Of a stretch of 64,000 nucleotides of DNA, positions 1-10,167 are shown one piece after another. Both the position numbers and the translations under genes were made by a program. The notes beneath the pieces are model-generated. The model ran no database searches. It was not told the DNA's origin and saw only the letters and a program-made list of their open reading frames with translations. Location of the stretch: assembly GCA_963748625.1 (NCBI GenBank), contig CAVVJT010000003.1, forward strand, positions 256,001-320,000. The letters are read 5' to 3'. This stretch comes from an uncultured Chloroflexia bacterium. GTDB lineage: Bacteria > Chloroflexota > Limnocylindria > Limnocylindrales > CSP1-4. Positions within the stretch are counted from its first letter, which is position 1; every line of letters starts with the position of its first letter.

Positions 1-60
1 AATGGAGCGATAGAGGTCGGCGCATAGTCGCCTGCCTATCGCGACACTGGGCAGCCGGAT

Positions 61-1314
61 TCACTGTGACCGACGAGTCCGTCCGGTAGCGGCCGCCTTC
101 GCCCGTTTCCCCGCCTGCATCACGTGATCAGCGTCGCGAATCGCGGTATCGAGGGCCGCGAGATCGGTGACCAGGCGGAAGCCCACCGTCGCCGAAACGT
201 GCAGCTCGCCGACCGCATGCGGGATCGGTGGTTCGACCGCCTCGACAAGCCGTCTCTCGAACGCGGCGGCCGCGGTGCCATCAGCAATGCCGCGTGCCAG
301 CAGGACAAACTCGTCGCCGTGTAGATGCGCGAGGAAGTCGTGCTGCCGGCATGTCGCTGCGAGCCGCTCACCCGTGACTCGGAGGACGTGGTCGCCGACA
401 TCAGAGCCGTAGTCGTCGTTGATCACCTTGAACCAGTCGAGGTCGATGAAGAACACGCACACTCCCGACGTGGTCGTCTTGCGCAAGTCCGTTGCGTGCT
501 CCCGGAGGCTGAGACCGTTCGGCAGCTCCGTCAACGGGTGATGGCGGAGGTGCCAGCCGGCCCGATGCCGGGCGAGAGAGCCGGCGGCACCCGCGTCGAC
601 GACGATGAAGAGGAACGCGCTCCACCACGCAATACCGACGTAGGCCCCCGCCACCAGCCAGGCCAGCGCCGCCTCGGCAACAAGCATGATTGCCAGGGCC
701 GACGCTGGTCCAGGGAGAACCGACGCGAACGGGCGGCCCGTGCGGAGCTGAACGAAGACCGTGGCGAGGATGAAGCTGAGACCAGCACCGACACCCGCCG
801 CGGCCATGAGGATGACGAAGCCCACGAGTGGGCTTGACGCTCCACCGACTGCGGCCCGCAGGCCCTCAAGGACGAGTGCTGCGGTCGTCCAAGCCAGTAC
901 GGTCATCCCGTGGTTCGCGAGGACCCCGTACCAGGGGATCTCCCCGCGCAGCTCGCGAAGCTCGAACGTGCCAAAGAGCGCAACGAACGCCACAGCCGTC
1001 GGCCCGCCGAGAGCGGCAACGGCGATGAGCGGGCCGAGCGCGAACACCACACCTGCCCGGCCATCCTCAATGAGCCCGAGCGAGGACGTCGCCAGGCACA
1101 CGGCGGTCCACAGCAGGACCCCCAGGAACCGCCCATCCACAGGGAGGGTGTCGACTGGCAGCGCGATCGTCTCTCGTACCGGAACGAGGGCCACGACGAG
1201 GAGCGCGAGGGCCGCACCACCGATACCGATGGCGATCGCAAGCGATCGTACGGCCGGCGGCACTGTTGTCAGCGAGTCCGACGCGCGCGCGGCCGCTGGT
1301 GCCCTTGAAGCCAT
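61..1314 (-). CDS. Membrane-bound GGDEF-domain protein (diguanylate cyclase-like, HGDEF variant)
   Basis: Multiple hydrophobic TM segments, then HPLTELPN, FIDLDWFKVINDDYGSDVGD and LHGDEF motifs; ATG at 1314 with a G-rich SD. Confidence 0.85.
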   Translation of the reverse strand: MASRAPAAARASDSLTTVPPAVRSLAIAIGIGGAALALLVVALVPVRETIALPVDTLPVDGRFLGVLLWTAVCLATSSLGLIEDGRAGVVFALGPLIAVAALGGPTAVAFVALFGTFELRELRGEIPWYGVLANHGMTVLAWTTAALVLEGLRAAVGGASSPLVGFVILMAAAGVGAGLSFILATVFVQLRTGRPFASVLPGPASALAIMLVAEAALAWLVAGAYVGIAWWSAFLFIVVDAGAAGSLARHRAGWHLRHHPLTELPNGLSLREHATDLRKTTTSGVCVFFIDLDWFKVINDDYGSDVGDHVLRVTGERLAATCRQHDFLAHLHGDEFVLLARGIADGTAAAAFERRLVEAVEPPIPHAVGELHVSATVGFRLVTDLAALDTAIRDADHVMQAGKRAKAAATGRTRRSQ

Positions 1315-1496
1315 GGACCACGACCCCCCTACTCCGGCATCGGACGCCTGACGACACCGTACGGGCGCCGGTACCGGGCCGCCACTACCCGAAAGGGCTA
1401 TGCGGAATCGGGGGCTTGGAATCACAGTGGCTGGGTCGCTGGGGCACGCGCGCACACGGCGCGACACGCTGGACTGCTCAGGTCCCCCGGTGCGCG

Positions 1497-1526
1497 TGCC
1501 CTGCTGGTGCCCGCCAGATGCCCGCC
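1497..1526. repeat. Three 11-bp-period direct repeats (tgccctgc/tgcccgcc/tgcccgcc), putative integrase arm-type sites
   Basis: Copies at 1497, 1508 and 1519, immediately beside the tRNA-Cys fragment. Confidence 0.45.
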
Positions 1527-1536
1527 GGAAACGGAG

Positions 1537-1560
1537 AACGGGCCCCGGAGGGCCCGTTTT
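1537..1560. terminator. Hairpin, probable intrinsic terminator downstream of the tRNA-Cys 3' end
   Basis: aacgggccc-cgga-gggcccgtt stem-loop; the same hairpin recurs at 10133-10152. Confidence 0.65.
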
Positions 1561-1569
1561 GTGCTCGAT

Positions 1570-1614
1570 TGGAGGCGACGATCGGATTCGAACCGATGAA
1601 TAGAGGTTTTGCAG
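1570..1614 (-). mobile_element. att site: 3' half of tRNA-Cys(GCA), copy 1
   Basis: Reverse complement CTGCAAA-ACCTC-TATTC-ATCGG-TTCGAAT-CCGAT-CGTCGCC-T-CCA gives anticodon loop, T arm, acceptor strand, U discriminator and CCA; no 5' half; identical to 10168-10212. Confidence 0.9.
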
Positions 1615-1669
1615 CGTTCGACGCCAGGCGCCGTTTCGTGCTCAGAACGGCCGACTTCGGCCGATTCTC

Positions 1670-1689
1670 TGCGGCCTACGTGCGGCCTA
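1670..1689. repeat. TGCGGCCTA direct repeats, putative integrase arm-type sites
   Basis: Copies at 1670 and 1681; the same 9-mer pair is at 10257 and 10269 beside the other att core. Confidence 0.6.
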
Positions 1690-1714
1690 TCCGTGTGGGC
1701 CACGCCCTCGACAG

Positions 1715-1952
1715 TCGCCGTGGCGAGGGAGCTGCCGTCCCGCGGGCGGAAGGCATGGCGCCTGGCGAATGCCCGCTCGAAGGCGACCGATGTCAGGTCG
1801 AGTGCGTCGTCATCGCTGACGCCTCGCACGCGTAGGTAGCGGTAGACGGGCAACTGGAAGGGAACAGCTGCCTCCACAGAGTCCGTCGGGTCGCTGATGT
1901 CGACGTCGAGAACATCGGCACCTGCGTCATCGGCGGCTGTCGCTGCGTCCAC
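1715..1952 (-). pseudogene. Truncated ECF sigma factor (region 2 only)
   Basis: AGGAGG SD; VYRYLRVRGVSDDDALDLTSVAFERAFARRHAF resembles sigma region 2; the frame runs into the att arm and has no region 4. Confidence 0.65.
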
Positions 1953-2043
1953 CCCACCTCCCTGCGCTGCAATCCGTCACGCGGGGATAACCCGGTGCGT
2001 GGGCAGGCTCGGACATGTGCGCAGGGTCAAGACCCAGGCTTGG

Positions 2044-3771
2044 TCAGCGACAGAACAGCGACTCAGCGTGATCCTCGCAGTTCGCCTCGTGGGCTCCGCC
2101 GCGCAAGTCAAACAGAACCGGTGCGGAGGAGCCTGCCCTGTTGCGCGCGATGATCAGCAGGCACCCGTCGGTCTCCACGGCAGACTCCTTGTACGTCATC
2201 CGACGGGCCTCGCCGTCCACTGTCTTGAACGGTGTCGGCCAGGTGTAGAACTCGCACCCCGGCCCAGGGGTGTCGTGATAGCCACCGTAGAACTCGAAGG
2301 ACGCCGGCGGTCCCCCCGAGGTTGGCTGCCGCCAGGTGACGGTGTGGCTGAAGCCGCCGCTCCAGGTCCCCTGCACCGAGTCCGCCACCGCCGTCGGCGG
2401 CGACGGGGGCACCAGCCATCTCACCCGAACCTCGCCGTAGCTCGGGCCGAACAGGAACTGGACGTCCCAGGCCAGCAGGGTCCCGATGAGGACCACCAGG
2501 TTGGCGGCGAGCAGGATCTTGGAGAGAAGCTTGGGCGTGAGCTCCTTGAGGTGGCCGATCTTGTACTCCTGGCCGACCCTGACCACCGCGAACGCGAAGT
2601 CGGTGAGGAAGCCCTCGCCCGTGAGGACCTCGTACAGCGCCTCGACGGCGGCCGCGCCGTCGCCCGCCTTCGCCTTCTCGTATGCCTGCGTCCCGGCGAA
2701 TGCTCGCTTGACCACCTCGGCCAGCGGCGCGAGCATCCTCGTGTAGGAGGCTGCCTTGGTCAGCTCATCGCCGCCCGGCAGGAGCCGTACCAGGAGATCG
2801 GCGAGCTGGTACCAGAAGGCCGTCTCGGTCATCCGCGCGCTGGCGATCACCGGCTGGGCCGGCTTGGCTCCTCCGGTCTTGAACGTGATGGTGTCGCCTG
2901 GGCCCGCGACGTCATCCCCTCCGGATGCGGGCGAGCGGATGGCGAGCCAGATCGCCCGCAGGTTGGTGACGCCGATCGTGGCGCGGCCGTCGACCACCTT
3001 GCGGATACAGCCCTTGAGCAGCTTGTTTGCGGCCTTGTTACTGACCTCGAACACGCCGTCGTCGGTCTCGCACTCGGTGGTCAGCGTCCCGACGGCCTCG
3101 AGGAGGTCGGTGAGGTTGCCTGAGGCCGCCTTGCCGATGAACGCGATCCAGTAGTCCCAGTTGACCGTGAACAGGCCCCAGTCCGAGAGGTGCGTGACCT
3201 CGGCCGTCACCGTGTGGGTCACCGGGTCGACGGCCGACGGCACGATGATCCAGCGGCCGGTGTCGCCGTCGCGGTAGGCGAGGACGATCGAGGCAGGATC
3301 CTGGCCGGCCAGCAGGGCACCTGGTTCGTACGGAACCGAGATGGTGACGGGCTTCTTCAGCTTGGCGCCGCCCAGCTCGATGGACCACGTAGGTCCGACG
3401 GCATCGGCGGGCCAGTCGTCGGTGGGGCCCGCCGGGGCGGGCTGGGCGGCGATCGTCGCCGTGGCGGTCTTCTTCAGCGCCCCCTTCGGCACCGTGATCT
3501 CGGCGCCACCGTCGACAGCGACGGTGCCGCCTGCTGCGCCGATCGCGGCTGTAGCGGGGAGCGGGCTCGGAGTCGGACTTGGCGACGCCGTCTGGACTGG
3601 CGAGGGACTCGGGCTGCTGGGCTCCAACGCGGCGGGCGACAGTGCCGCCGACGGCGGAGGACTCGACGCGGAGTCCGCGCTTGGGCCAGGATCCGCGTTG
3701 CAGCCGGTGACGACCAGGACCGCCGCGAACAGGAGCGTGAGGGCGCGGCCCCGGACGCGCTCCCCGCTCAC
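2044..3771 (-). CDS. Lipoprotein with Pro/Ser linker, ZU5-like beta domain and hydrophobic helical region
   Basis: GTG start overlaps the upstream stop (GTGA); lipobox VVTGC; GGTV..GAEITVPKGAL...AEVTHLSDW pattern. Confidence 0.75.
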   Translation of the reverse strand: MSGERVRGRALTLLFAAVLVVTGCNADPGPSADSASSPPPSAALSPAALEPSSPSPSPVQTASPSPTPSPLPATAAIGAAGGTVAVDGGAEITVPKGALKKTATATIAAQPAPAGPTDDWPADAVGPTWSIELGGAKLKKPVTISVPYEPGALLAGQDPASIVLAYRDGDTGRWIIVPSAVDPVTHTVTAEVTHLSDWGLFTVNWDYWIAFIGKAASGNLTDLLEAVGTLTTECETDDGVFEVSNKAANKLLKGCIRKVVDGRATIGVTNLRAIWLAIRSPASGGDDVAGPGDTITFKTGGAKPAQPVIASARMTETAFWYQLADLLVRLLPGGDELTKAASYTRMLAPLAEVVKRAFAGTQAYEKAKAGDGAAAVEALYEVLTGEGFLTDFAFAVVRVGQEYKIGHLKELTPKLLSKILLAANLVVLIGTLLAWDVQFLFGPSYGEVRVRWLVPPSPPTAVADSVQGTWSGGFSHTVTWRQPTSGGPPASFEFYGGYHDTPGPGCEFYTWPTPFKTVDGEARRMTYKESAVETDGCLLIIARNRAGSSAPVLFDLRGGAHEANCEDHAESLFCR

Positions 3772-6700
3772 CGCAGCACCACCAGGGCGTCGAGGCTGGC
3801 CCTCGGGTGGCCCGAGGTCGCGAGGTTGACGATACGCAGCGTGTGCTTCCCTGCCGTCGACCATGTCTTCGTGAACACGATGCGCCGCCACTGGGTGGCA
3901 CTGGCCCGGAGGTCGACCGTGGTGACGTACCTGCCGTCGAGGTAGACCTTGGCCTTCCCATAGCCGGTGCCCTTGGTGGCGACCCAGGCGATGGTCCGGC
4001 CCGTGAACGCATAGGACGCCGATGCACCCTTCGCCTTGGCCACCCGGTAGGAGCCGCCCGAAGCCTGGCTCGAACGACTCGTGGTCCAGGTGCCCCGGTA
4101 GCGGACGGCGCTGCTCGACTGCTGGGTGCGCAGGACGCGGAACGCGGGGCCCGTCTGCGGTGCCGATGGGTTCCCGGCGGCGTCGATCGCGCGGACCTGG
4201 AACCGGTAGGTGGTTGTCTTCGAGGGCTTGAGGTTGCGGGTGATGGCCGTCCCGGTCGGGCTGGCGACCACGGTGTAGGCGCCGCCGTTGGTCGAGAGCG
4301 CGAGCTCGTAGTGGTCGATGCCGCTGCCTCCCGCGTCGCTGCCCGTCCAGGCGAGCGCGACCGGCACGGTCGAGGTGCCCAGGGTCGAGCCCACCGCGAT
4401 TGTCGCCTTGGGTGCCGTCACCACAGGTGGCGTTTGGTCGGTGACCCCAGCGACCACCCGCAACCGGTACGCGGTCGCCGTGGGATCTGGGACGAAGCCG
4501 AGTCCGGTGCCCATGGCGGCCCCGTCGATCGTCGCGAACGAGCCGGAGACGGCGCCGGCTTCGATAAGCGTGACGAGGTCATCGAGTACCGGAACATAGC
4601 CCGAGGCCTGGACTTTCAGGATGCCGGCGATTTGGGCCGCGCCACCGACACGCAACAGGTCGATGTCGCCTGGGTCGAGGGAAGCGATCTCGACCGAGAG
4701 CGTGCCCGCCGGGGCCTGGACGTAGTCGCCGGTCACGGTCAGGATGCCCGGAGAGTCGCCCGGAGCAACCGTGCCAGCGTTGTAGAGATCGCCGTCGAGG
4801 GTCCCCGTGCCCGTGATGGCGCCGCCCTCGACCCGGAGGGTGCTCGCGTCGACCAGGAGGTCCCCGTCGATGGCGAGGGTGCCCGCGGTCTGGGTGAAGG
4901 TGCCGCCGGCAAGGAACACCCTGGCCTCACGAGTCGCCGTGACGTGGAGCGTGCCGCTGTTGGTGAGCTGGAGGGGCGTGCCGCTTGCGCCGCCGCTGAA
5001 GTCCCCGCCCCGGGCGAGGTCGATGGTGCCCTGGTTGTCGATCACCGGGGCGACGAGCCCAATGCGGTATGGGTAGCCGGTCGTCGGGGTGGCGTCGATC
5101 GTGCCGGTGTTCGTGATCGAGCCGGCCCTGATGATCGTGCTGTAGAAGCCGTCGCGGGTGATCGTGCCGGTGTTGAAGAGCGGCCCGCCGCTGGTGTCGA
5201 GGGTGATGGACGACGACTTCGGATCGGTGCGGATCGTGCCGGCGTTGGTGAAGCCGTCGCCGTCGCCCAGGGTGAGGGTGCCGGTCGGGGCCGACGCGAC
5301 GACGGTGAAGCCGGCCGGGAGGTCGGTATCGATCCGCGCGGGCAATTCGGTGAACAGGATGCTCGTCGCGGGCGCCGGAGCATCAGGGGCGACCGAGAGG
5401 GCGCCGCCGCCATCGATCTGGACGGGGTTCCCCGTGATGGCACCGCCGTCGACGCGGAGGGTGCCGTCGACGACGAGGTCCCCGTCGATGGCGAGGGTGC
5501 CGCCGGTCTGGGTGAAGGTGCCGCCGGCAAGGAAGACCCTGGCCTCCCGGGTCGCCGGGACGTGGAGCGTGCCGCTGTTGGCGAACTGGAGGGCGGTAGT
5601 GCTGCTGCCGCCGCTGAAGTCCCCGCCCCGGGCGAGGTCGATGGTGCCCTGGTTGTCGATCACCGGGGCGACGAGCCCAATGCGGTATGGGTAGCCGGTC
5701 GTCGGGGTGGCGTCGATCGTGCCGGTGTTCGTGATCGAGCCGGCCCTGATGATCGTGCTGTAGAAGCCGTCGCGGGTGATCGTGCCGGTGTTGAAGAGCG
5801 GCCCGCCGCTGGTGTCGAGGGTGATGGACGACGACTTCGGATCGGTGCGGATCGTGCCGGCGTTCACCAAACTCGCAGCTTGGGCACTCTGGTCCAGCGT
5901 CACGACATCGCTCGCGCCGTTGATGCAGGCAGAGTGGCCCGCGTCCGGAAGACCCGACGTCCACCTGTCTGCGTCCCACCAGGTCCCACTCCCGCCCTTC
6001 CATGAGGTGTCGCAGTCGACAGCGCTGAGGAATGGCAGGAGGTAGACGGCACTTGCTCCGTCCCCATCCGCCGCCTGGACAGAGGTCCCCAACTGGGAGG
6101 TAGGACTCGACACAACTGCGGCAACAGTCGGGGTCAAGCAACTGGTGGGCGGAGTCGTTCCATTCGGGGCGAGACGGCGATATCCGGCGTGATCGTAGAC
6201 GTCGAAGGACAGCCGAGCCACGGTGCATTGACTTCCGAGGTCTCGCGCCCGGCTCGCCATCGGCTGCCACGGCGGTCGCCACGTGTCCGTGCTCTCCGGA
6301 TACCAGTCGAAAGCAACCTCGGCCACCCACGCGGTGGGTCCTCGTTGCGCCCAGTGCCACTCGCAGCCAGGCGTGGTGGATGGATCACCGGTCTCGTCGG
6401 GCGGGCGGCACGACGCGACGATGCGCCATGTCCGGACCGGGTCGAACCCGGGTAGACCTGTGCCAGTTGCCCAATCCGGGTAGTAGGCGGTGAAGTTCAC
6501 CTGCTTGATGGGCGCACTGTCCGTCAGCCGCGCCCGGTAGTGCACGGGCTCGTTGAAGCGAATCTGATCCAGCCACAGCGACGCGCCTCCGATGGCAGGG
6601 CACTCGACCGCGTCGTCGCACCAACTTCCGCCGGGGTTGCCAACGAACGCCCGGAGATCGCGTGCTCGAGCCGGGCCGGTCCACCAGGTGAACTTCTCGT

Positions 6701-7943
6701 ACACCCCATCGCCGATGAGTGGCTCAGGCGCAATCGGGACGCCGCTGGACACTCCACCGGTGGTCATGGCTCCACCCTTGAACAGCCCGAACTGGAGCCG
6801 AGGGGCGCCGAGAACGTCCTCGCAAGCATCCCGGTTTACCCGAGTCGTGGCGCCGAACGTGCCGAGGGGCGTGTTCACGGAAACGTCGCCCAGGCCGACG
6901 TCGATCCTGCCGAGGTGGCCGTACACGGCGAGGTAGTCGGAGCCCCCGACCGGGTCTGTCGTCCTGACGACGACCGTGTTGCCGAGATACTCGGCGTCGC
7001 CGCTCGCGCACCCTGCCCAGACCACCGTCCCCCCGTACATCGGGTACACGAGATCGCCCCGATCGATTGGGAACTGGACCGTGCTGACGACCTGCGGCCC
7101 CCAGCCGCCCGGGTCCTCAGCCACATAGCTTGACGGAGCCAGGGCGTGACGCTCGCCGTCTGCCCACGGGAGCCTCGACGGGAGGCCCGGCGGCTTGGAC
7201 GACCCGGCAGGGATCGTCCCGACGGGAGCGAAGCCCTGGTTCGCGTCGATGAAGTCGGACGGGTGGATCGCCCCGGAGTCAAGCACGGCTTTGGCGCTAG
7301 GACGATACGCCCCGGAACAGTCGCTCCCCATCGTCTTGCAGTCGACGAGGCGAATGGAGAGGTGCAGGTGCGCGGGATGCTCGCCATACGCGTTGGTGCT
7401 CGTCGGTGACGTCGTGCCGAGTGGCGCGCCGGGCGTGACGCAGTCACCCTTGGCGACGGACCCCGGGACGACATGGAGGTATGCGGACCAGAACTCCGTG
7501 ACGACCTTCACTCCCGATGGGTTGCCTTGGGCATCCGAGACGCGGACCACGAACCTGCCAGTGTGGTGTACGACGATGACGTCGCCGTCGGCCTTCCCCG
7601 TCGAGGAGATCTCCCCTACGTACTCGATGCGTCCAGTCGCAACCGGGTATACGTCGTCCGACTCGTCCGTCTTCCAGTCCTCGCCGTCGTGGTAGCGGTA
7701 TTCAGCGAGTCGATTGGCGAAGGACTGCGTCATGTGCGGCCCCACGGTTCCTTCGCGCCGGATCGGGAACCTGACCGACGACGCATCGTCGCAGACCACA
7801 TCGGAGTCGAGCTCATGGAGGCCGGAGTCGGGTATCCGAACCGGCATCGCTTCTGTCGCTTGCGCTCCTGCGCCGAGCAGCACATGTAGCGCGAGCACTG
7901 CAGCGCTCAACGCCAGCACCGGTCGTCGGATCCCCTCGAGCAC
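3768..7943 (-). CDS. Large secreted protein: two M23 peptidase-like domains, beta-helix/autotransporter-passenger-like repeats, Fn3-like domain, basic C-terminal domain
   Basis: Signal peptide; HDGED and HLH motifs in domain 1; VYGHL in domain 2; N-x-G-T-I repeats; GTVAPGDSPGILTVTGDY; YRFQVRAIDAAGN. Confidence 0.85.
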   Translation of the reverse strand: MLEGIRRPVLALSAAVLALHVLLGAGAQATEAMPVRIPDSGLHELDSDVVCDDASSVRFPIRREGTVGPHMTQSFANRLAEYRYHDGEDWKTDESDDVYPVATGRIEYVGEISSTGKADGDVIVVHHTGRFVVRVSDAQGNPSGVKVVTEFWSAYLHVVPGSVAKGDCVTPGAPLGTTSPTSTNAYGEHPAHLHLSIRLVDCKTMGSDCSGAYRPSAKAVLDSGAIHPSDFIDANQGFAPVGTIPAGSSKPPGLPSRLPWADGERHALAPSSYVAEDPGGWGPQVVSTVQFPIDRGDLVYPMYGGTVVWAGCASGDAEYLGNTVVVRTTDPVGGSDYLAVYGHLGRIDVGLGDVSVNTPLGTFGATTRVNRDACEDVLGAPRLQFGLFKGGAMTTGGVSSGVPIAPEPLIGDGVYEKFTWWTGPARARDLRAFVGNPGGSWCDDAVECPAIGGASLWLDQIRFNEPVHYRARLTDSAPIKQVNFTAYYPDWATGTGLPGFDPVRTWRIVASCRPPDETGDPSTTPGCEWHWAQRGPTAWVAEVAFDWYPESTDTWRPPWQPMASRARDLGSQCTVARLSFDVYDHAGYRRLAPNGTTPPTSCLTPTVAAVVSSPTSQLGTSVQAADGDGASAVYLLPFLSAVDCDTSWKGGSGTWWDADRWTSGLPDAGHSACINGASDVVTLDQSAQAASLVNAGTIRTDPKSSSITLDTSGGPLFNTGTITRDGFYSTIIRAGSITNTGTIDATPTTGYPYRIGLVAPVIDNQGTIDLARGGDFSGGSSTTALQFANSGTLHVPATREARVFLAGGTFTQTGGTLAIDGDLVVDGTLRVDGGAITGNPVQIDGGGALSVAPDAPAPATSILFTELPARIDTDLPAGFTVVASAPTGTLTLGDGDGFTNAGTIRTDPKSSSITLDTSGGPLFNTGTITRDGFYSTIIRAGSITNTGTIDATPTTGYPYRIGLVAPVIDNQGTIDLARGGDFSGGASGTPLQLTNSGTLHVTATREARVFLAGGTFTQTAGTLAIDGDLLVDASTLRVEGGAITGTGTLDGDLYNAGTVAPGDSPGILTVTGDYVQAPAGTLSVEIASLDPGDIDLLRVGGAAQIAGILKVQASGYVPVLDDLVTLIEAGAVSGSFATIDGAAMGTGLGFVPDPTATAYRLRVVAGVTDQTPPVVTAPKATIAVGSTLGTSTVPVALAWTGSDAGGSGIDHYELALSTNGGAYTVVASPTGTAITRNLKPSKTTTYRFQVRAIDAAGNPSAPQTGPAFRVLRTQQSSSAVRYRGTWTTSRSSQASGGSYRVAKAKGASASYAFTGRTIAWVATKGTGYGKAKVYLDGRYVTTVDLRASATQWRRIVFTKTWSTAGKHTLRIVNLATSGHPRASLDALVVLR
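4989..5864. repeat. Intragenic 258-bp identical duplication (4989-5246 = 5607-5864, offset 618)
   Basis: Direct comparison; the peptide NAGTIRTDPKSS...ARGGDFSGG occurs twice; imperfect similarity extends about 130 bp leftwards. Confidence 0.9.
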
Positions 7944-8158
7944 GGCTCCCCTCCTCAGGCGTTGTTCCCGGCATCCTGCTTGCTGTCGCTCACGCCATCC
8001 CAGTGCCCAACGGCCCCCGACACCTGAGTGCGGGTCCCACGAAATGCCCCCTACGAGGACCGTCGCCAGGCCGAAGCCGGCATCGGGCGGGCGCGTTGCC
8101 CCCGGTGCGATGATGATGGGCGAGAGCCGTTGGGGTGTGCCCTACAGGGGGTCATGGC

Positions 8159-8437
8159 ATGCAGCGTTGGGAGTACGCCTACTACCGGAACAGCGCTGGT
8201 GGCATCGAGTACGTGCTGTTCGGGGTGCCGCTCGACGAGGCTGCGTGGGAGCGCATCACGTCCCGGTTCGCCGGGCACATCAAGAAGGAGAGCACCCGCT
8301 CCCGTGTCGTCCTTGAGAAGCGTGTCTACGACCCGATGGAAGTTGTCGCGTTCCTCGGTGGCGGGGCCTGGGAGATGGTCAGCTACACCGCATCGGGGCA
8401 GGACGTCGTCTATCACTTCAAGCGCCCTCTCGCGTAG
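8159..8437 (+). CDS. Small DUF4177-like protein
   Basis: MQRWEY...G.GAWEMVS...YHFKRP pattern; GGGGG SD. Confidence 0.6.
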   Translation: MQRWEYAYYRNSAGGIEYVLFGVPLDEAAWERITSRFAGHIKKESTRSRVVLEKRVYDPMEVVAFLGGGAWEMVSYTASGQDVVYHFKRPLA

Positions 8438-8640
8438 TCGCTGAGGGACCGCGGGAGAACCCCCGGACGCCCCGCCCTGCACCTCCGGCAGGGCCGGGAT
8501 CGGGCGGACGCCCGCGTGGATGGGTACAAGGGTCCGAGCAACGCGTCCGCGTGGTCGTATCGGCCCTTGTCGGGGTTGGCCTCGCAGCCTGACCGTGGCG
8601 TCACGTGGCTGCAGCTAGGACCTTCTGGAGGGCAAGGGAG

Positions 8641-9681
8641 ATGTGGGTGGTCGGCCGTCTGGTCGCCGTGATCGCAGCGGCGGGCATCGTCGCGGCGGTC
8701 GGGCCAGTCGGGAGTGCGCGAGCATATTCCGACCAGTGCTCGACGGTGACCCTCGAGCCCTCGGTGAGCCCGATGGGGCTGTTCGCCCTCGCGGCCGACT
8801 GCGGCTCGCCCGGCGACAGCGACTACTTCGCCAGCGCCACGCTGTGGATCTACCCCCTGCAGCCCGGCGTCCCCGTCACGGGCAGAGCGGTACGCGGAGC
8901 AGCGGACTACATCTTCGGGTCCGCCGATGGGCCGGAGTTCGTTCCCGTGACGATGGCTGGCACCTATCGCCTGACGGTCGTCAGCGGCGGGGCATCCGGC
9001 GACATCGAGCAGGTCGCGGAGGCCACGGTTGAGGGTCCGCCCGTACTCACGACGCCAGGACTCGCGCTCCGGGCAGGAACGACGATGACCTCGACACTCT
9101 ACCCGGCTCGCCTCTCATGGTCCCAGAGGGCCGGCTCCACGGCCTCGGCGTTCGAGGTGCAACGCTCCATCGATGGCGGCGCCTGGAGCACGATCGCCAC
9201 GACGGGCTCCACCTCGATCAACACGGGTGTGGCGGGCAGACTCTACGAGTTCCGGGTCAGGGGATACGCATCAGAGATGGGGTGGGGCGAGTGGTCGAGC
9301 GTGACCACCCGGCCAGCCGCATACAGCGAGAGGAGTGCGCGCTTCACCTACAGCGGAACATGGAGGAGGGCCTCCAAGTCGTCGTTCTGGGGCGGCCGCG
9401 CGCGGTATGCGAGCGCCCGCGGTCGGACGGTAACGCTGCGCTTCACCGGTCGCAGTGTGGCGATTGTGGGTACGACCGGGCCCAACCGCGGGTCGTACTC
9501 CCTCACCCTCGACGGAGTGCGAAAGGGCTCGTTCAGCACCTACGCGACCTCCACGCGCTACCGGCGGCTGATCCTCAGCGTCACGTGGCCCAAGTCAGGA
9601 GTCCACGTCCTCACGATGAGGGTCCTCGGAACTCCCGGTCACCCTCGGATCGACCTAGACGGAGCACTGGTCATCCCTTGA
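8641..9681 (+). CDS. Secreted protein with Fn3-like and basic C-terminal domains
   Basis: GGGAG before the ATG; signal peptide ending ARA; YEFRVRG; C-terminus homologous to those of 3768-7943, 11600-14608 and 14700-18389. Confidence 0.8.
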   Translation: MWVVGRLVAVIAAAGIVAAVGPVGSARAYSDQCSTVTLEPSVSPMGLFALAADCGSPGDSDYFASATLWIYPLQPGVPVTGRAVRGAADYIFGSADGPEFVPVTMAGTYRLTVVSGGASGDIEQVAEATVEGPPVLTTPGLALRAGTTMTSTLYPARLSWSQRAGSTASAFEVQRSIDGGAWSTIATTGSTSINTGVAGRLYEFRVRGYASEMGWGEWSSVTTRPAAYSERSARFTYSGTWRRASKSSFWGGRARYASARGRTVTLRFTGRSVAIVGTTGPNRGSYSLTLDGVRKGSFSTYATSTRYRRLILSVTWPKSGVHVLTMRVLGTPGHPRIDLDGALVIP

Positions 9682-10098
9682 GCCACGGGGACACTCCGAT
9701 GTAGAGCCCGTCGCCCCAGGACGCTCCCGACCAGGGGAGGCGGGAGCGCCGATGATCGCCTGACTGCGGGGGTTGGCTAGTACGCAATCACGGGGCCGGT
9801 GATCGCGAGGCGGACGGAAAGCGTCGCTCGGACGGCGAGCACGACCACGGCCGGAGGATCGGCAGGAGCCTCGACCTGAACTCCCTCGACCTTGGCACAG
9901 TGCGGACCTCCCCCGGCAAGGTGGCCGAGCGTCGACTCAGCCGCGATCGAACAGGGACCTGCAGGTACGCCCACGCATGAGACCGGGATCTCGTACCCAT
10001 CGAGCAGGTCCGCGAGGACGAGGGACGGCGATCGAGGCGACCTTGACGCCCTCCGGTTCTCGCCGGGGGGCGTCGCGCTTGTGAGCTAATGCAATCCT

Positions 10099-10118
10099 GT
10101 TGCTACCACGTTGCTGCC
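10099..10118. repeat. GTTGCT(A/G)CC direct repeat pair, putative arm-type sites
   Basis: Copies at 10099 and 10110 (11-bp period) next to att core 2. Confidence 0.4.
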
Positions 10119-10132
10119 GCCGGATATGAAGA

Positions 10133-10152
10133 ACGGGCCCCGGAGGGCCCGT
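10133..10152 (-). terminator. Hairpin terminator downstream of tRNA-Cys fragment 2
   Basis: acgggccc-cgga-gggcccgt followed on the minus strand by tcttcat. Confidence 0.6.
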
Positions 10153-10167
10153 GTTGTGCGCAAAAGG

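Noticed and set aside
1570-1660. Intact tRNA-Cys gene (also at 10168-10250)
   Set aside because: Only the anticodon loop to CCA is present; the adjoining sequence cannot form the D arm or the 5' acceptor strand (no GGCGACG counterpart)
4850-5864. Diversity-generating retroelement template/variable repeat pair
   Set aside because: The core copies are identical rather than differing at adenines, both lie in one ORF, and there is no reverse transcriptase in the window
3807-6005. 732-aa plus-strand ORF (and similar long ORFs 1897-3123, 34862-36202, 53038-55227, 59802-60962)
   Set aside because: Antisense shadows of well-supported genes in high-GC DNA; Arg/Gly/Ala-rich with no motifs
8020-8150. 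Additional copies of the ECF promoter motif upstream of the M23 gene
   Set aside because: Only GTAGGG-like half sites, with wrong spacing or poor -10 matches
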